Below are positions 1 to 9,790 of a stretch of 59,352 nt of DNA, one piece after another. The notes below the pieces were generated by a model. That model did no database searches, was not told the origin of the DNA, and worked only from the letters and a program-made list of their open reading frames with translations. Origin of the DNA: a virus (Duplodnaviria; Caudoviricetes); the IMG/VR virus record IMGVR_UViG_3300030406_001933, positions 1-59,352 of that record, one strand, 5' to 3'. Made by a program: the position numbers and the translations under genes. How positions within the stretch are numbered: position 1 is the first letter of the stretch; each line of letters begins with the position of its first letter.

Positions 1-129
1 ATCATACTGAACAATCCACCAGTAGTTCTTTTTGGATTTGCAGTTGAGCCGTTAGTTTCACCTCTAGTTCCAAAGAAGAAAGCTCTTTCAATGTCACCCA
101 TATGTAGTTTTAGGGCTTTTGTAAGTTGC
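1..129. repeat. Terminal direct repeat, left copy (matches 59224-59352)
   Basis: 129 bp identical to 59224-59352 except at positions 78 and 107 (G vs A); indicates a circular or terminally redundant complete genome. Confidence 0.97.
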
Positions 130-704
130 TCTTGTTCTTTGTCGCCAGTTCTTAGGTTTGTGTTCTGTAAAGTTCCACTTACTGAAATCGCAGTCTTAAA
201 GATCTGCGTAAAGTTGTGGTCTACAGTAGCATCAAAACTAACTGCTGTTGGAGATGTGCCACCTTCAATGAAGGACGAGCCTGCGATAATTAGCTCTTGG
301 TCATCTGCGACTGCAGCCGCTGTAGAGTGATATCCTCTTTGAATAGTTACTGTGTTTGCTGAAGTGTTCGCATCCGCAGTAGCAAGAATATTCTCGCCAG
401 TTGCTGGGTTATGCAAAACAGTACCACTGACGATGAAAGCTTCATCAGCTGTGTCATTGTCAAATGTTAAAGTAGTTGCACTATTGTTTAACGCACCATT
501 AACAACGATGGTTCTTGTTGGTAACTCATCTCTGAAATGGTTATATTTAGGGTCGTCTGTAGACTCACTAGAAGTCATAGCCAACAACGCTTGAAGCGGT
601 GCTGTACCATTTGGTTCTAGAAGAGTGAACAACTCCCTATAATTCGTAGGACGAAAGTCTGATGTAAATTGACCTGTCCCACGAAGTCCTTGTATTGCTG
701 CCAT
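1..704 (-). CDS. Major capsid protein, N-terminal part (SU10-MCP/DUF5309-like); continues across the terminal repeat into 58746-59352
   Basis: Not in ORF track because it runs off the end. ATG at 704 with AAGGAGG SD; reads MAAIQGLRGTGQFTSDFRPTNYRELF...NFTQIFKTAISVSGT...KALKLHMGDIERAFFFG, in frame with ORF 58746..59324; total 393 aa; follows scaffold gene. Confidence 0.9.
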   Translation of the reverse strand, partial: MAAIQGLRGTGQFTSDFRPTNYRELFTLLEPNGTAPLQALLAMTSSESTDDPKYNHFRDELPTRTIVVNGALNNSATTLTFDNDTADEAFIVSGTVLHNPATGENILATADANTSANTVTIQRGYHSTAAAVADDQELIIAGSSFIEGGTSPTAVSFDATVDHNFTQIFKTAISVSGTLQNTNLRTGDKEQEQLTKALKLHMGDIERAFFFGTRGETNGSTANPKRTTGGLFSM

Positions 705-802
705 AGTAACCTCCTTATAAGTTTATAGCATTGTTTCGTGTTTCAAATCCGACTTCTTCCCACAAGATAGTGCATTCAGCAGAATTCTGTGTTCCGTTGT
801 CA

Positions 803-824
803 TTTGTAAGCCGTAGCGTACAAT
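803..824 (-). promoter_or_regulatory. UACG-tetraloop RNA hairpin in capsid 5' leader (copy 1 of 3)
   Basis: mRNA reads UUGUA-C-GC-UACG-GC-U-UACAA; the 11-nt core AGCCGTAGCGT recurs at 1988-1998 and 2010-2020. Confidence 0.6.
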
Positions 825-852
825 TTTAATTTACTAGATAAGTGGTCTGATG

Positions 853-860
853 ATCGTCCT
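853..860 (-). promoter_or_regulatory. AGGAYGAY motif, putative late promoter element upstream of capsid gene
   Basis: Same motif at 8157, 26123, 33928 (+), 47537 and 58737, each at a gene end preceding a downstream gene. Confidence 0.5.
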
Positions 861-863
861 TGT

Positions 864-1970
864 TTAGGCTCTATTTCTTTTTTTCAAGAAATCATCAGCT
901 ACTTTTCCAATAAAATCTGCGTTAGGGTCAGTAGGAGGTGCTTCTCCAACTGCTCCTGGTGTAGCACCCATAGATCCAGTAAAAGCCTGTCTACGCTTTG
1001 CTATACCTGCTAATCGTTCCATTTCTGGAGTATTTAGATTAGCTTTAAAATCTCCGACTACAGTATCAGTTAGTGCAGGGTCTAAAAAATCTTCCATTGT
1101 ATACCCTCTACCATAAGCAAACTGAAAGAATTGATCCTGTAAATCATCAGCTAATTGATATTTAGCTTGTGCTTTATCAAGATTATTAGCTGCTAATTGC
1201 CTCATATTAGTATCACGAGTAGCATTAGCATCCATTACTTGCTTTGTTGCTTGCTGGTTCATACCCTGAGCATTTGCTGATATCTGTTGTAACATTTGTT
1301 TGATTTGTGCATTTTCGTTCTGAAGATTCTGCATCATACTAGCTGCCTCTTTATACTTAGGCGGTAGTGTCATAGCATTATCTTCTTCCCATTGTGCCAT
1401 ATCTTTTTCAATCTCACCTAATGGAATACCCTGTGTATCTGGTGTTGGGTCTTTCTGCCCACCCATTGTAGGGTTTTTCATATAAGCTTGAGATGCAGCA
1501 GCCAAAAACTGGACAATATCGTTTGGATTTGCCTGTACTCCTTCTGCAGCCACTTGAGATTGAATAGCCTTAGCGAAATCTAAAATGGGTTGCATAGGTG
1601 CAACTTCTGTTTGGTGCTTATAATTAAGGTCTTTATAACGATTATAAGTATCCTTAATTTGTTTATCCGATAGAGTTCTTTTGTCACCTTCGCCAAACAT
1701 TACATTAATGAATGACTCTTCTTGTGCCATATCACCTTCTGTCTTAGGAGATACTGCTTCAGCAGCTTGCTCTTGAGCAGTTGGTTTTTCTACTGGATTT
1801 TCTTTTACAGCTTGTTGAGAGTTATCTTTCCCTGCAACATTAGGATCGCCTGCAGCTTCCTGTACTTGCTGTATTCCTTCTGCAACTTGGCGATTAACAT
1901 CTCCCAGCTTTTCTGCTGCAAGATTATCTACCATTTGCTTGTCTTGTTCGTTGATTGGTGTTTGTGCCAT
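864..1970 (-). CDS. Capsid scaffolding protein
   Basis: 368 aa, acidic/Gln-rich, coiled-coil, directly upstream of the capsid gene. Confidence 0.7.
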   Translation of the reverse strand: MAQTPINEQDKQMVDNLAAEKLGDVNRQVAEGIQQVQEAAGDPNVAGKDNSQQAVKENPVEKPTAQEQAAEAVSPKTEGDMAQEESFINVMFGEGDKRTLSDKQIKDTYNRYKDLNYKHQTEVAPMQPILDFAKAIQSQVAAEGVQANPNDIVQFLAAASQAYMKNPTMGGQKDPTPDTQGIPLGEIEKDMAQWEEDNAMTLPPKYKEAASMMQNLQNENAQIKQMLQQISANAQGMNQQATKQVMDANATRDTNMRQLAANNLDKAQAKYQLADDLQDQFFQFAYGRGYTMEDFLDPALTDTVVGDFKANLNTPEMERLAGIAKRRQAFTGSMGATPGAVGEAPPTDPNADFIGKVADDFLKKRNRA

Positions 1971-1983
1971 AATGTTTATCCTT

Positions 1984-2024
1984 TCCTAGCCGTAGCGTGG
2001 TTACTTGGAAGCCGTAGCGTCCTG
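1984..2024 (-). promoter_or_regulatory. Tandem UACG-tetraloop hairpins in scaffold 5' leader (copies 2 and 3)
   Basis: AGCCGTAGCGT at 1988-1998 and 2010-2020; the proximal copy abuts the AGGAAAGGA SD of the scaffold gene. Confidence 0.6.
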
Positions 2025-2303
2025 GTTTATTTTATCCTCCGCCTCTAATGTCTGCATCATTAGATCATTTTCTAGTTTCACCTCTAGAACCGAAGGCATT
2101 TCAATCAGCTTCTTAGATGCCCATAAAGCACCTCTTCGCCAATTTAATTCATCTACTGAAGTTTTAGGATCAGAAGATAAATTGTATGCTGCCGTGAGAA
2201 TCTCTTCTTTCATTATTTCTTGAAGAAATTTCCAAGCATCATCTTTTTTCAACCTTTTAATAAGGGCGAGTTTCTCTTTTGTTTCTCTTATTTTGCTAGC
2301 CAT
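2001..2303 (-). CDS. Small helical head-module protein (hypothetical)
   Basis: 100 aa ORF in the late operon just upstream of the scaffold gene. Confidence 0.7.
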   Translation of the reverse strand: MASKIRETKEKLALIKRLKKDDAWKFLQEIMKEEILTAAYNLSSDPKTSVDELNWRRGALWASKKLIEMPSVLEVKLENDLMMQTLEAEDKINQDATASK

Positions 2304-2659
2304 TCGTCTGCAGCTTTTTGTATTCCCTCATTATCATTGAATTCTTTAATTAAATCATATCCCCAAGCTTTGTATTGTGCAACCTTTTCATCATCTAAAA
2401 AAGTAGATAGTGGACCAAAAGCAACATAACAAGCTAAAGCTGCTACTTCTTTTAAGTCTTTTACTTCAGTAACAACTATTTCTTCTTCTTGATCTGGAAA
2501 CTTTTTCTTTCCATTAGCATTTACAAAGAAGTAAGAATTGTTCTTCATTGGCAAACCACCTGACCACTCCCAATCAAAGTCAACTTGCCATTTGTAGTTA
2601 TCTTCAAATGACATTTTATAGAGAGTTAATTTTTTATCTTTGTTATTTTCGTAAAACAT
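2288..2659 (-). CDS. Hypothetical protein (possible fibre assembly factor)
   Basis: 123 aa, starts 1 nt after the fibre stop with an AGGAGG SD. Confidence 0.7.
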   Translation of the reverse strand: MFYENNKDKKLTLYKMSFEDNYKWQVDFDWEWSGGLPMKNNSYFFVNANGKKKFPDQEEEIVVTEVKDLKEVAALACYVAFGPLSTFLDDEKVAQYKAWGYDLIKEFNDNEGIQKAADEWLAK

Positions 2660-2660
2660 A

Positions 2661-5369
2661 TTAACCTCCTATTAATGTTTTTCTTCTTAGTGTCCAGTGA
2701 GTATTAGTGTCTGATAATCCGTGAGAGTAGGCACCATTGTAACCTTGTCCCCAAATTGTTCCGTCCATCATTAAGCACATATATCCACATTCCCAAGTAC
2801 TTGATTGTCCGTATCCGTGAGAAGAGATATCTCTAACTTTACCTTGATAACCCCAAGGCATTGGAATTGGATTCCAAGAACTATGTACTAATCCAGTACC
2901 GACACCATACAAAGCTTTAGAAGCATAGTTAGCACCACAAGAATATATGGTTCCGTTAACTTTATTCTTCCAATCTTCTTCGTTGTCGTGTGCAATTAAC
3001 CAAGGAGTCATATAGTAGTAAGATGTACTTGTTACTGAAAAACAATCTATAACTTTTGACACCCATTTAACTGAACTATTTTTAACTGGTACATTCTGTG
3101 ATCCAGAAGTTGTTCCAGTTCCAGTAGCTCCGTTGGAGTTCGGACCCCACATATAGAAGTCGCCGTTATCTGTTGTTGCGTAACAAGAGCCTTGAGTAAA
3201 GTGACAAGAGAAAACATCTAAAACTTTTAGTCCAGCAGTAGCAGTATTAAATGTACTTACTAGAGTCATTGATGTTTTGTTACCAGAAGCATTGTTATCT
3301 CCTGCTTGTCCAGTGTTGTTATAACCACCATAGTACAAAGCACCATCTTCGTTAATTAGATGAATACCTCCGCCAGATCCAGCTCCAGATGCGTGCATCT
3401 TAACAATCTTTTTACCTGATCCTGCTTCTAATACATTTGGTGATCCCATTCCTACATTGTTTGTAGTTCCGTTAGCACACTGGTTGCCACCATTATAACC
3501 CCAAGCATATGCTTTGTATCCGTCTGCTGCATCTGTTAATGCGTAACAAGTAGGATATCCTGCATCTATAACTTGAATTGCAGTTACATTTTTACCTGAT
3601 AGACCTGTTATTTCTACTGGTATAGTTTTGTTAGTTGTGTTTGAACTATCTAATTGATTATGTCCATTATATCCCCAACCCCAAACTTTTCCATTTTCGT
3701 CTAGAGCCAACATAGTAACATTGTTATTTCCAGATCCTGGTCCTGCTATATATCTAATTTTACCAGCAGCTCCTGGGAATTGAACTGGAACACATCTGTA
3801 TTCAGATGTTGTATGACCAACACCAAGTTGACCTACATTGTTGTATCCTCCAGCCCAAACCTTACCAGTGTCTGTAAGAAAGTATGTAGAGTCGTATGTT
3901 CTTAATGTTTGTATACAATTACCAAACTGTGTATCTTTATTAAAGTTGTCATAACCTTTGGACTGATCTCTATAGTGTCCTGGCATATTAATAACTTTAT
4001 TTGAGTTACTTGGGTCCATTTGTGAATAGTTAGTAGAACTACCCCAGATTACTGGACTTTTCCAAGAACCATCTGCAAACTCAGCTACACAACCACCACC
4101 TCGGTAAGTACCACCTTGAGGACGGGGATCATTTATAAGAAAGATACCTTTGTTTGCGTGTAAAGGAAAGTTTGTACTATCTGTTACTTCACTAACAAGA
4201 GAAAAATCGTTTCTTGTTTTTCCGTTGTTTTCAGTTCCAGGATATCCTGGTGCATCTGGATCTGCTACTCTACAAGTAACATCGTTTTCTAAACGATAAG
4301 CTCGTCCTGCCATATTACCAACCATACCCCATTTAGGTATGTTGCTATTTCCATCAACAGTAAGAGCAGTGCCGTGTGATCCAAGAGGAAGCCTCGCCTC
4401 TCCAGTGGCAGTAGTAACATCAAATTGTGTATCTCCACCCATACCAGTATGTGTTCCACAATATGGATAGATTGAAATTGCAGTTACATTAGATGGAACC
4501 GCAATAGTTACCACAGCACTGCTTTGTCCTTGTGTACCTGTGTAGGTAATATCGTTAGTACTGTCAGTGGGTGCGAAGTCTAAAAGCTCTGTTCCTGATG
4601 CGTGTGTACCATTTTTTGTAGCAGAAAATCTTAGTGGATGATTCTGTAGAGTAGTATCAGATACATCAAACACATAAGTTTTTCCTGGGTACAATTTCAT
4701 ATTACCATCAAAGTGGTAATTATCATCGTTAGGGAATTTAAATTGGAATCTGTTTGATCCGCCGTATGAAGCTACTTTAACTCCAATATTAAATGTTGTT
4801 CCTGATGGTGCACCTTGTCGGTAAATCATATCACCACCAGTAGTAGTAACCGTTGTTAGTGCAGCTGTGATTGCTTCTACATCTACAACAAACTGAACTT
4901 TGTTTGTTCCACTTGCAACATAATCACCATACACCCAACCAGTTTTTCCTGGAAGTATTTTAGCTTTGTTAGCGTTGTTAGTTTCACCAGAATATTGGAC
5001 GAAAACATTCTTGGTAGTTTCGTTTTTAATGACGACAGTAAATGCTCTATTAGGAACAACCACAGTAAGTTCACTTTGGCTAGGAGTGGAAGCCTGAGTT
5101 AACTTGATAAGTGGTTTTGAAATGTCGTCTACGCCTAGTGTCCATACACCATTCGTTGATGTTGAATAATCAAAAACTTTTGCTGGTTCGTTTGCTTCAT
5201 CAAATAGTTGAAGTAGTGCGTCTGCACCTGTTAATGCTTCTACCGATTTTGCTAGGTAGACCATATCGTTGGCATTAGATCCTGAGATCGTGCCTGTGCT
5301 AGTATTAGCTATAGTTTTTGAACGCGATTTTATAGCTTCTACTAATTCTTTTAATGTGTTCATCGCCAT
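2661..5369 (-). CDS. Tail fibre / receptor-binding protein with RCC1/BLIP-II beta-propeller repeats and a cupredoxin-like domain
   Basis: 902 aa; repeated G-x-V-W-x-W-G-Y-N-x-x-G-Q-L-G motifs (GKVWAGGYNNVGQLG, GKVWGWGYNGHNQL, KAYAWGYNGGNQC); NHPLRF...YPYCGTHTGMGG segment. Confidence 0.8.
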   Translation of the reverse strand: MAMNTLKELVEAIKSRSKTIANTSTGTISGSNANDMVYLAKSVEALTGADALLQLFDEANEPAKVFDYSTSTNGVWTLGVDDISKPLIKLTQASTPSQSELTVVVPNRAFTVVIKNETTKNVFVQYSGETNNANKAKILPGKTGWVYGDYVASGTNKVQFVVDVEAITAALTTVTTTGGDMIYRQGAPSGTTFNIGVKVASYGGSNRFQFKFPNDDNYHFDGNMKLYPGKTYVFDVSDTTLQNHPLRFSATKNGTHASGTELLDFAPTDSTNDITYTGTQGQSSAVVTIAVPSNVTAISIYPYCGTHTGMGGDTQFDVTTATGEARLPLGSHGTALTVDGNSNIPKWGMVGNMAGRAYRLENDVTCRVADPDAPGYPGTENNGKTRNDFSLVSEVTDSTNFPLHANKGIFLINDPRPQGGTYRGGGCVAEFADGSWKSPVIWGSSTNYSQMDPSNSNKVINMPGHYRDQSKGYDNFNKDTQFGNCIQTLRTYDSTYFLTDTGKVWAGGYNNVGQLGVGHTTSEYRCVPVQFPGAAGKIRYIAGPGSGNNNVTMLALDENGKVWGWGYNGHNQLDSSNTTNKTIPVEITGLSGKNVTAIQVIDAGYPTCYALTDAADGYKAYAWGYNGGNQCANGTTNNVGMGSPNVLEAGSGKKIVKMHASGAGSGGGIHLINEDGALYYGGYNNTGQAGDNNASGNKTSMTLVSTFNTATAGLKVLDVFSCHFTQGSCYATTDNGDFYMWGPNSNGATGTGTTSGSQNVPVKNSSVKWVSKVIDCFSVTSTSYYYMTPWLIAHDNEEDWKNKVNGTIYSCGANYASKALYGVGTGLVHSSWNPIPMPWGYQGKVRDISSHGYGQSSTWECGYMCLMMDGTIWGQGYNGAYSHGLSDTNTHWTLRRKTLIGG

Positions 5370-5391
5370 ATTATGTCACTCCTTATATATA

Positions 5392-5931
5392 TTATACTAC
5401 ACCTAATTGTAATAAAACTTCGTCCTCTAGTCGTTTTAAACGAGGTGCAGTGTTTGCATTAAAGCTTTGTATTTCTGACAAAACTTGTGCCCCATCAAAT
5501 ACCACATTAAACTTGGTTGTGTCTACCTGTGCACCAGTAGAAGTATGGGCTGTATGACAGACAAAATACTTAGTTCCGTCCTCAACCATATCTAATCTGG
5601 AGTATGCTGTACTAGCTTGGTGTGCTCCTCTTTGCCTGAAAATAGTGGCATTTAGGTCTGACCAACCAGCATTTGCATTGGTATATGTACCAAATCTTGA
5701 TTGTAGTGTGTTGTCAGGGTCATTAGGTTTTAGCCTAAATTGGATCGCCGTAGAGATTACAGCACCTGTAGTATTGTCAAATAGAGTTCCTAATACATTA
5801 GGAAGGGTCTTTACATTACTACCAGTCCCTAATTCACAAGCTTCTAAATATGTATCTAAATTATGAACACCTGTTTTTTCGGACCTAAATTGTATCTGTT
5901 CCGACTTGGGGGTTGTAGGTACTGTTGTCAT
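5392..5931 (-). CDS. Virion structural protein (fibre-associated)
   Basis: 179 aa; RGAHQASTAYSRLDMVEDGTKYFVCHTAHTS resembles the repeat unit common in marine phage fibres. Confidence 0.6.
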   Translation of the reverse strand: MTTVPTTPKSEQIQFRSEKTGVHNLDTYLEACELGTGSNVKTLPNVLGTLFDNTTGAVISTAIQFRLKPNDPDNTLQSRFGTYTNANAGWSDLNATIFRQRGAHQASTAYSRLDMVEDGTKYFVCHTAHTSTGAQVDTTKFNVVFDGAQVLSEIQSFNANTAPRLKRLEDEVLLQLGVV

Positions 5932-6218
5932 TCTATGTTGTTCTCCTCAAGAAAGTTTATTATTTTTGCTCTAGTCAGGGTAAATTTATCATCTTCCTTG
6001 TATCTTGCTTCAAGTTTATCAATTCTCTTTGTATTGTCGTCCACATTCGCTTGATTATTACAAATCATATTTTTAGCATTAGCTTTTGAATATAAATCAA
6101 TTAATTCAAGTTTTATATTATCTCTTAATAAATTAACTTGTTCTTTAATAGCTAGGTCAATGTATTTTTTATCTAATTGACTTAGACCTGTATTTTTTTC
6201 TACTTCTTCTTTTTTCAT
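5928..6218 (-). CDS. Hypothetical protein
   Basis: 96 aa, translationally coupled between portal and 5392..5931. Confidence 0.65.
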   Translation of the reverse strand: MKKEEVEKNTGLSQLDKKYIDLAIKEQVNLLRDNIKLELIDLYSKANAKNMICNNQANVDDNTKRIDKLEARYKEDDKFTLTRAKIINFLEENNIE

Positions 6219-6219
6219 A

Positions 6220-8127
6220 TTAATTACCTTGTTGCGGTTCTAAATTACCTGCATCTATATTTCTTAACAATTCTTCAACAGGCATAGTTTGTTGTTGTTG
6301 CCCTTGTTGTGTAGAATTACCTCTCTGTTTCTCCATCATACTCATTTGTTGCGATGGTGTCATACCCATTTGTTTCTCTGCATCAGTTATTTTAAATTGA
6401 TCTAAATCAGAAACTCCCATAGCTCTAATTGCTTCTTCAACAATTTTACCAGATTTGTATTCCATATTTAAACCAGTTTGGTTTATCATTTGTAGCATAT
6501 TCATCCAGGTTTCTGCATTTCTTGTTGGCTCAATTGGTAATGTTCCATCTATAACTAAGTAATCAACATTACCTTGTAATGACTGAACATCAAAGTCTAC
6601 ATAACCATCTTGTGCCTGTGCACTTAATTCACCTGGCATTGATTCTGCATCCATTCTTAATGAACCTTCAAGGAATAAAGCATCTTGTAAATTTTGTGTC
6701 ATCATTCTTACCATTGGTCTTACGGTTGTAGCTGACATAATTCTAGCTAACACACCTAATCTTTGAGAACCTAATTGTGTAAGTCTTGCAATCTCTGTTG
6801 CAGTTCTAATACCATCTGCTGTTGGTACACCTTGTTGTGCATCAGATGCAGCTGAAACTCTTTGTTTTAAATCTGACATAGCAGCTATGTCATTCCAATG
6901 TCCTTTAGTTACATCTGGAACCGTAGCTATAAAAACACCATCACCTGGTTTAGCACCTGGCATAGTTCTTACTACACCCCAAGGATTCCTATCAATTAGG
7001 TCGGGTATAGAAACTTGTGTTGGGTCTACAAACATTAAATTATTTAATGCTGCTTGAACATTATCAATACGAGAACGCAATAACCAAGTTGATACTTCGT
7101 GTAATGGTAATAATAAATCATATAAAGATTGACTAAATGTTTTATGTGTATCTTGAAACAATCCACCTATTACTACTGGGAACTGCTGACCATAAGGATT
7201 TAACTGACATCTAATTATAGCTTCTTCATCTACTACTGTGATACACATCCATAGTTGCTCTATAGACGGAACACCTACTTCATAACCTTGTAGACGAACC
7301 CACATCTCATCAACAATTCTTGCATTGTCTAATGTAAAGTGATGTCCATTTTCACTACCGATTGGTTCTTCTGGATTTATTGATAATCCTCTACCTTCTT
7401 CTTTAAAAAATTTATGTGCATCCCAAGAAGTTTTTCTACCACCTTTTTTTCGTAGACCTGGATATTTATTTAACTTTGGATACATACCACTTGATACCAA
7501 GGCGTTTGTTGAAACGAAGTCACTAAAAATAATGAACTGCATTCTATCCCATTCACCCCAATTTACTCTTGGGTCTGGGAAACAACGCCTAGGATCAAAA
7601 TTAACAATATGATTGGTATTCTTTTTAGCATCCCAAATAACTTTAGTTGGGGCAAACCCATACCTGATACTGTCAAGTAACATTTGAGCCAGTCTTGCCT
7701 CTCCCGCCGTTCTCCTCATATGTTGGTGCAATAATCTTTCTAAGATTAAAGCTGACCTTCTGGACTTCCTGTTCATACCTTCTAGTTGAAACATAGGATT
7801 ACGCCCAGCTAGTGCTGCCATCATATAAGTTAACACAGTGTCTGCGATGGCTCTGGTGTCGGCAACTACAGCCTTCTCTCTAAACTTAGTAGAGTTTGCA
7901 GGAGTCCAAACATCGTGTGCTCTATCCGCATCACGCCAATGATCGTATCTTCTAGATATCCTTTCAAAGGACATTTTTGAAGCTGCACGAATATAATCAA
8001 TAAGCTTTGCTTCTTGCTCTTCGGTTAAATCATCAGAGATATCTTCATATTGAGATAGCTTCTCCATATGGGGTGCTAAATCTACGATGATATCATTTGG
8101 ATCAGTTGTTTGGTTTCTATAGTTCAT
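6220..8127 (-). CDS. Portal protein
   Basis: 635 aa directly after TerL; P22/SU10-like portal features (DSIRYGF, DPRRCFPDP, RTATEI, Gln-rich C-terminus). Confidence 0.85.
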   Translation of the reverse strand: MNYRNQTTDPNDIIVDLAPHMEKLSQYEDISDDLTEEQEAKLIDYIRAASKMSFERISRRYDHWRDADRAHDVWTPANSTKFREKAVVADTRAIADTVLTYMMAALAGRNPMFQLEGMNRKSRRSALILERLLHQHMRRTAGEARLAQMLLDSIRYGFAPTKVIWDAKKNTNHIVNFDPRRCFPDPRVNWGEWDRMQFIIFSDFVSTNALVSSGMYPKLNKYPGLRKKGGRKTSWDAHKFFKEEGRGLSINPEEPIGSENGHHFTLDNARIVDEMWVRLQGYEVGVPSIEQLWMCITVVDEEAIIRCQLNPYGQQFPVVIGGLFQDTHKTFSQSLYDLLLPLHEVSTWLLRSRIDNVQAALNNLMFVDPTQVSIPDLIDRNPWGVVRTMPGAKPGDGVFIATVPDVTKGHWNDIAAMSDLKQRVSAASDAQQGVPTADGIRTATEIARLTQLGSQRLGVLARIMSATTVRPMVRMMTQNLQDALFLEGSLRMDAESMPGELSAQAQDGYVDFDVQSLQGNVDYLVIDGTLPIEPTRNAETWMNMLQMINQTGLNMEYKSGKIVEEAIRAMGVSDLDQFKITDAEKQMGMTPSQQMSMMEKQRGNSTQQGQQQQTMPVEELLRNIDAGNLEPQQGN

Positions 8128-8162
8128 AGTTCCTTATATCCTACATATATTATTTTATCGTC

Positions 8163-9785
8163 CTATAACTCACCCCAACCAGCAAACCTCTTATCTTTTG
8201 ATTGAGTCAGCTTTTCTTTCCATTCTCTAGGTTGGTACTGAGCATCAAGACTTGCATTTAAAGATGTGGACATTTCTATTGGCACATTAAGTGCATTAGT
8301 ATTAAATCCTGACATTTTACTTAAAACATCTAGACCCAAAGATAGAGCATCTATTTGGTCATCATTTTTACCATTAGGAAAAGATTGTGCTTCTTCCATA
8401 AAATCATCTACCCAATTAGCAGTTTTATTTAAAAAGACTCTACCTCCTTCTATCATAGGTGTAACTGCATTTAATCTAGCAACTTTATCTTGTACTACTT
8501 TGAATGGTAGCACAGATACACCTGATTGATTTTTTAATTCTTGTATTAGTGATTGACCACTAGCTTTATCCTCAATGTAGAAACCTCTTAATCCTTTACC
8601 TCTCCATTTTGTATTAAGTTGTATACAAGCTCTTTTTAGTTCTGGAAAATCCCATTTGTTTCTTATGATGTCTATAATATATAAATCACCATTTCTATCT
8701 GCACCCATAACCATAAGCACAGAAAAATCTGATTGTTCTGTTTTCTTGAAAGCTGTATCTGCAGCTATTATAATTGATTGATACTCTACATCTTTTGGTT
8801 CGTAATATTTCCACCAACCTGACTTAATAAGATTACCACCAACGATGTATGGTGTTTGTTGGTATAATGATGCAAATTCACGGGGATCTAGTTTTTTTCT
8901 TTTATGTAATTCTTCTAATGGGAATCTTTCTTCCCACAAAGCTTCTTCAGCATCTTCTTTATAATATCGTTTCCCAGGAGCGACAGTACTTAACTTACCG
9001 CTTGGTATGTATCTTGGGTCGTCAGGAGGTAGGTCTGTTACTGGTTTTTTTTCTCCAGCAATTATCTTTATAGCAGGAAAGTTTATATGTTCCCATTCTC
9101 CTGCTTTCCAATCTGGTGTTTCCATAAGTCTACCAGCTACATCATCTGGGTGCCATCTTGTTAATATAACTATCTCTATTGGCTTTGTACCATCTGGTTC
9201 TGGTTGCTTACGAGTTGTTAGTGCTGAAATATAATATGACCAAGTTTTATTTCTTTGTGTTATTGAATCTGCTTCTTCTCTAGCTTTTACAGGATCATCA
9301 AGTATTAATAATGTTGATGCACGACCAGTAGTTGATCCACCTATACCTGTTGCAAAGTAAGTGCCATTTAAAGAAGTTCTCCAATCATCTACCGCTCTAC
9401 TTTCTTCCGACATTTTAAAGTCTTGGAATGCTTGCGTAATACGCGGTTCGCGTGCCAGATCGCGTACTTGACGCCCAAATGTCTTTGCCAAATCCTGATT
9501 GTACGAAGTGGATAAGACATTACGATTTGGTTTACGACCGAGGTAATATACTGGGAAATGTACCGTTGCCAAAAAGCTTTTAGCGTGTCTAGGCGGCATC
9601 GTGATAAGAAGTTTTGTTTTTCCGAGGGTTCCTTTTTCAAGTGCATCAAGTTTCTCCATTAGTTCAAATTGAAAATCAGCAAACTCAAGGTCTGGATTCA
9701 TCATCCTTACAAAATCTGTAAAGCTAGACTGAGCTTTCTTTAGCTGTAAAAGTCGTCTAGCAGCCTCTACTTGGCTGATTGTCAT
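8163..9785 (-). CDS. terL: Terminase large subunit
   Basis: Walker A-like MPPRHAKS, Walker B LLILDDP, TRWHPDD, nuclease AADTAFK...SDFS, IEDKASGQSLIQEL, FPNGKNDDQIDA. Confidence 0.96.
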   Translation of the reverse strand: MTISQVEAARRLLQLKKAQSSFTDFVRMMNPDLEFADFQFELMEKLDALEKGTLGKTKLLITMPPRHAKSFLATVHFPVYYLGRKPNRNVLSTSYNQDLAKTFGRQVRDLAREPRITQAFQDFKMSEESRAVDDWRTSLNGTYFATGIGGSTTGRASTLLILDDPVKAREEADSITQRNKTWSYYISALTTRKQPEPDGTKPIEIVILTRWHPDDVAGRLMETPDWKAGEWEHINFPAIKIIAGEKKPVTDLPPDDPRYIPSGKLSTVAPGKRYYKEDAEEALWEERFPLEELHKRKKLDPREFASLYQQTPYIVGGNLIKSGWWKYYEPKDVEYQSIIIAADTAFKKTEQSDFSVLMVMGADRNGDLYIIDIIRNKWDFPELKRACIQLNTKWRGKGLRGFYIEDKASGQSLIQELKNQSGVSVLPFKVVQDKVARLNAVTPMIEGGRVFLNKTANWVDDFMEEAQSFPNGKNDDQIDALSLGLDVLSKMSGFNTNALNVPIEMSTSLNASLDAQYQPREWKEKLTQSKDKRFAGWGEL

Positions 9786-9790
9786 TATCC

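Noticed and set aside
91-594. Plus-strand ORFs 91..330 and 352..594, and similar antisense ORFs throughout
   Set aside because: Antisense shadows of capsid and other long genes; no SD and no coherent protein features.
738-765. tRNA fragment / attP core (TTCAAATCC)
   Set aside because: T-arm-like word without a pairing stem or cloverleaf; no tRNA genes recognised anywhere in the window.
2661-5369. Diversity-generating retroelement targeting the fibre
   Set aside because: No reverse transcriptase and no template/variable repeat pair seen.
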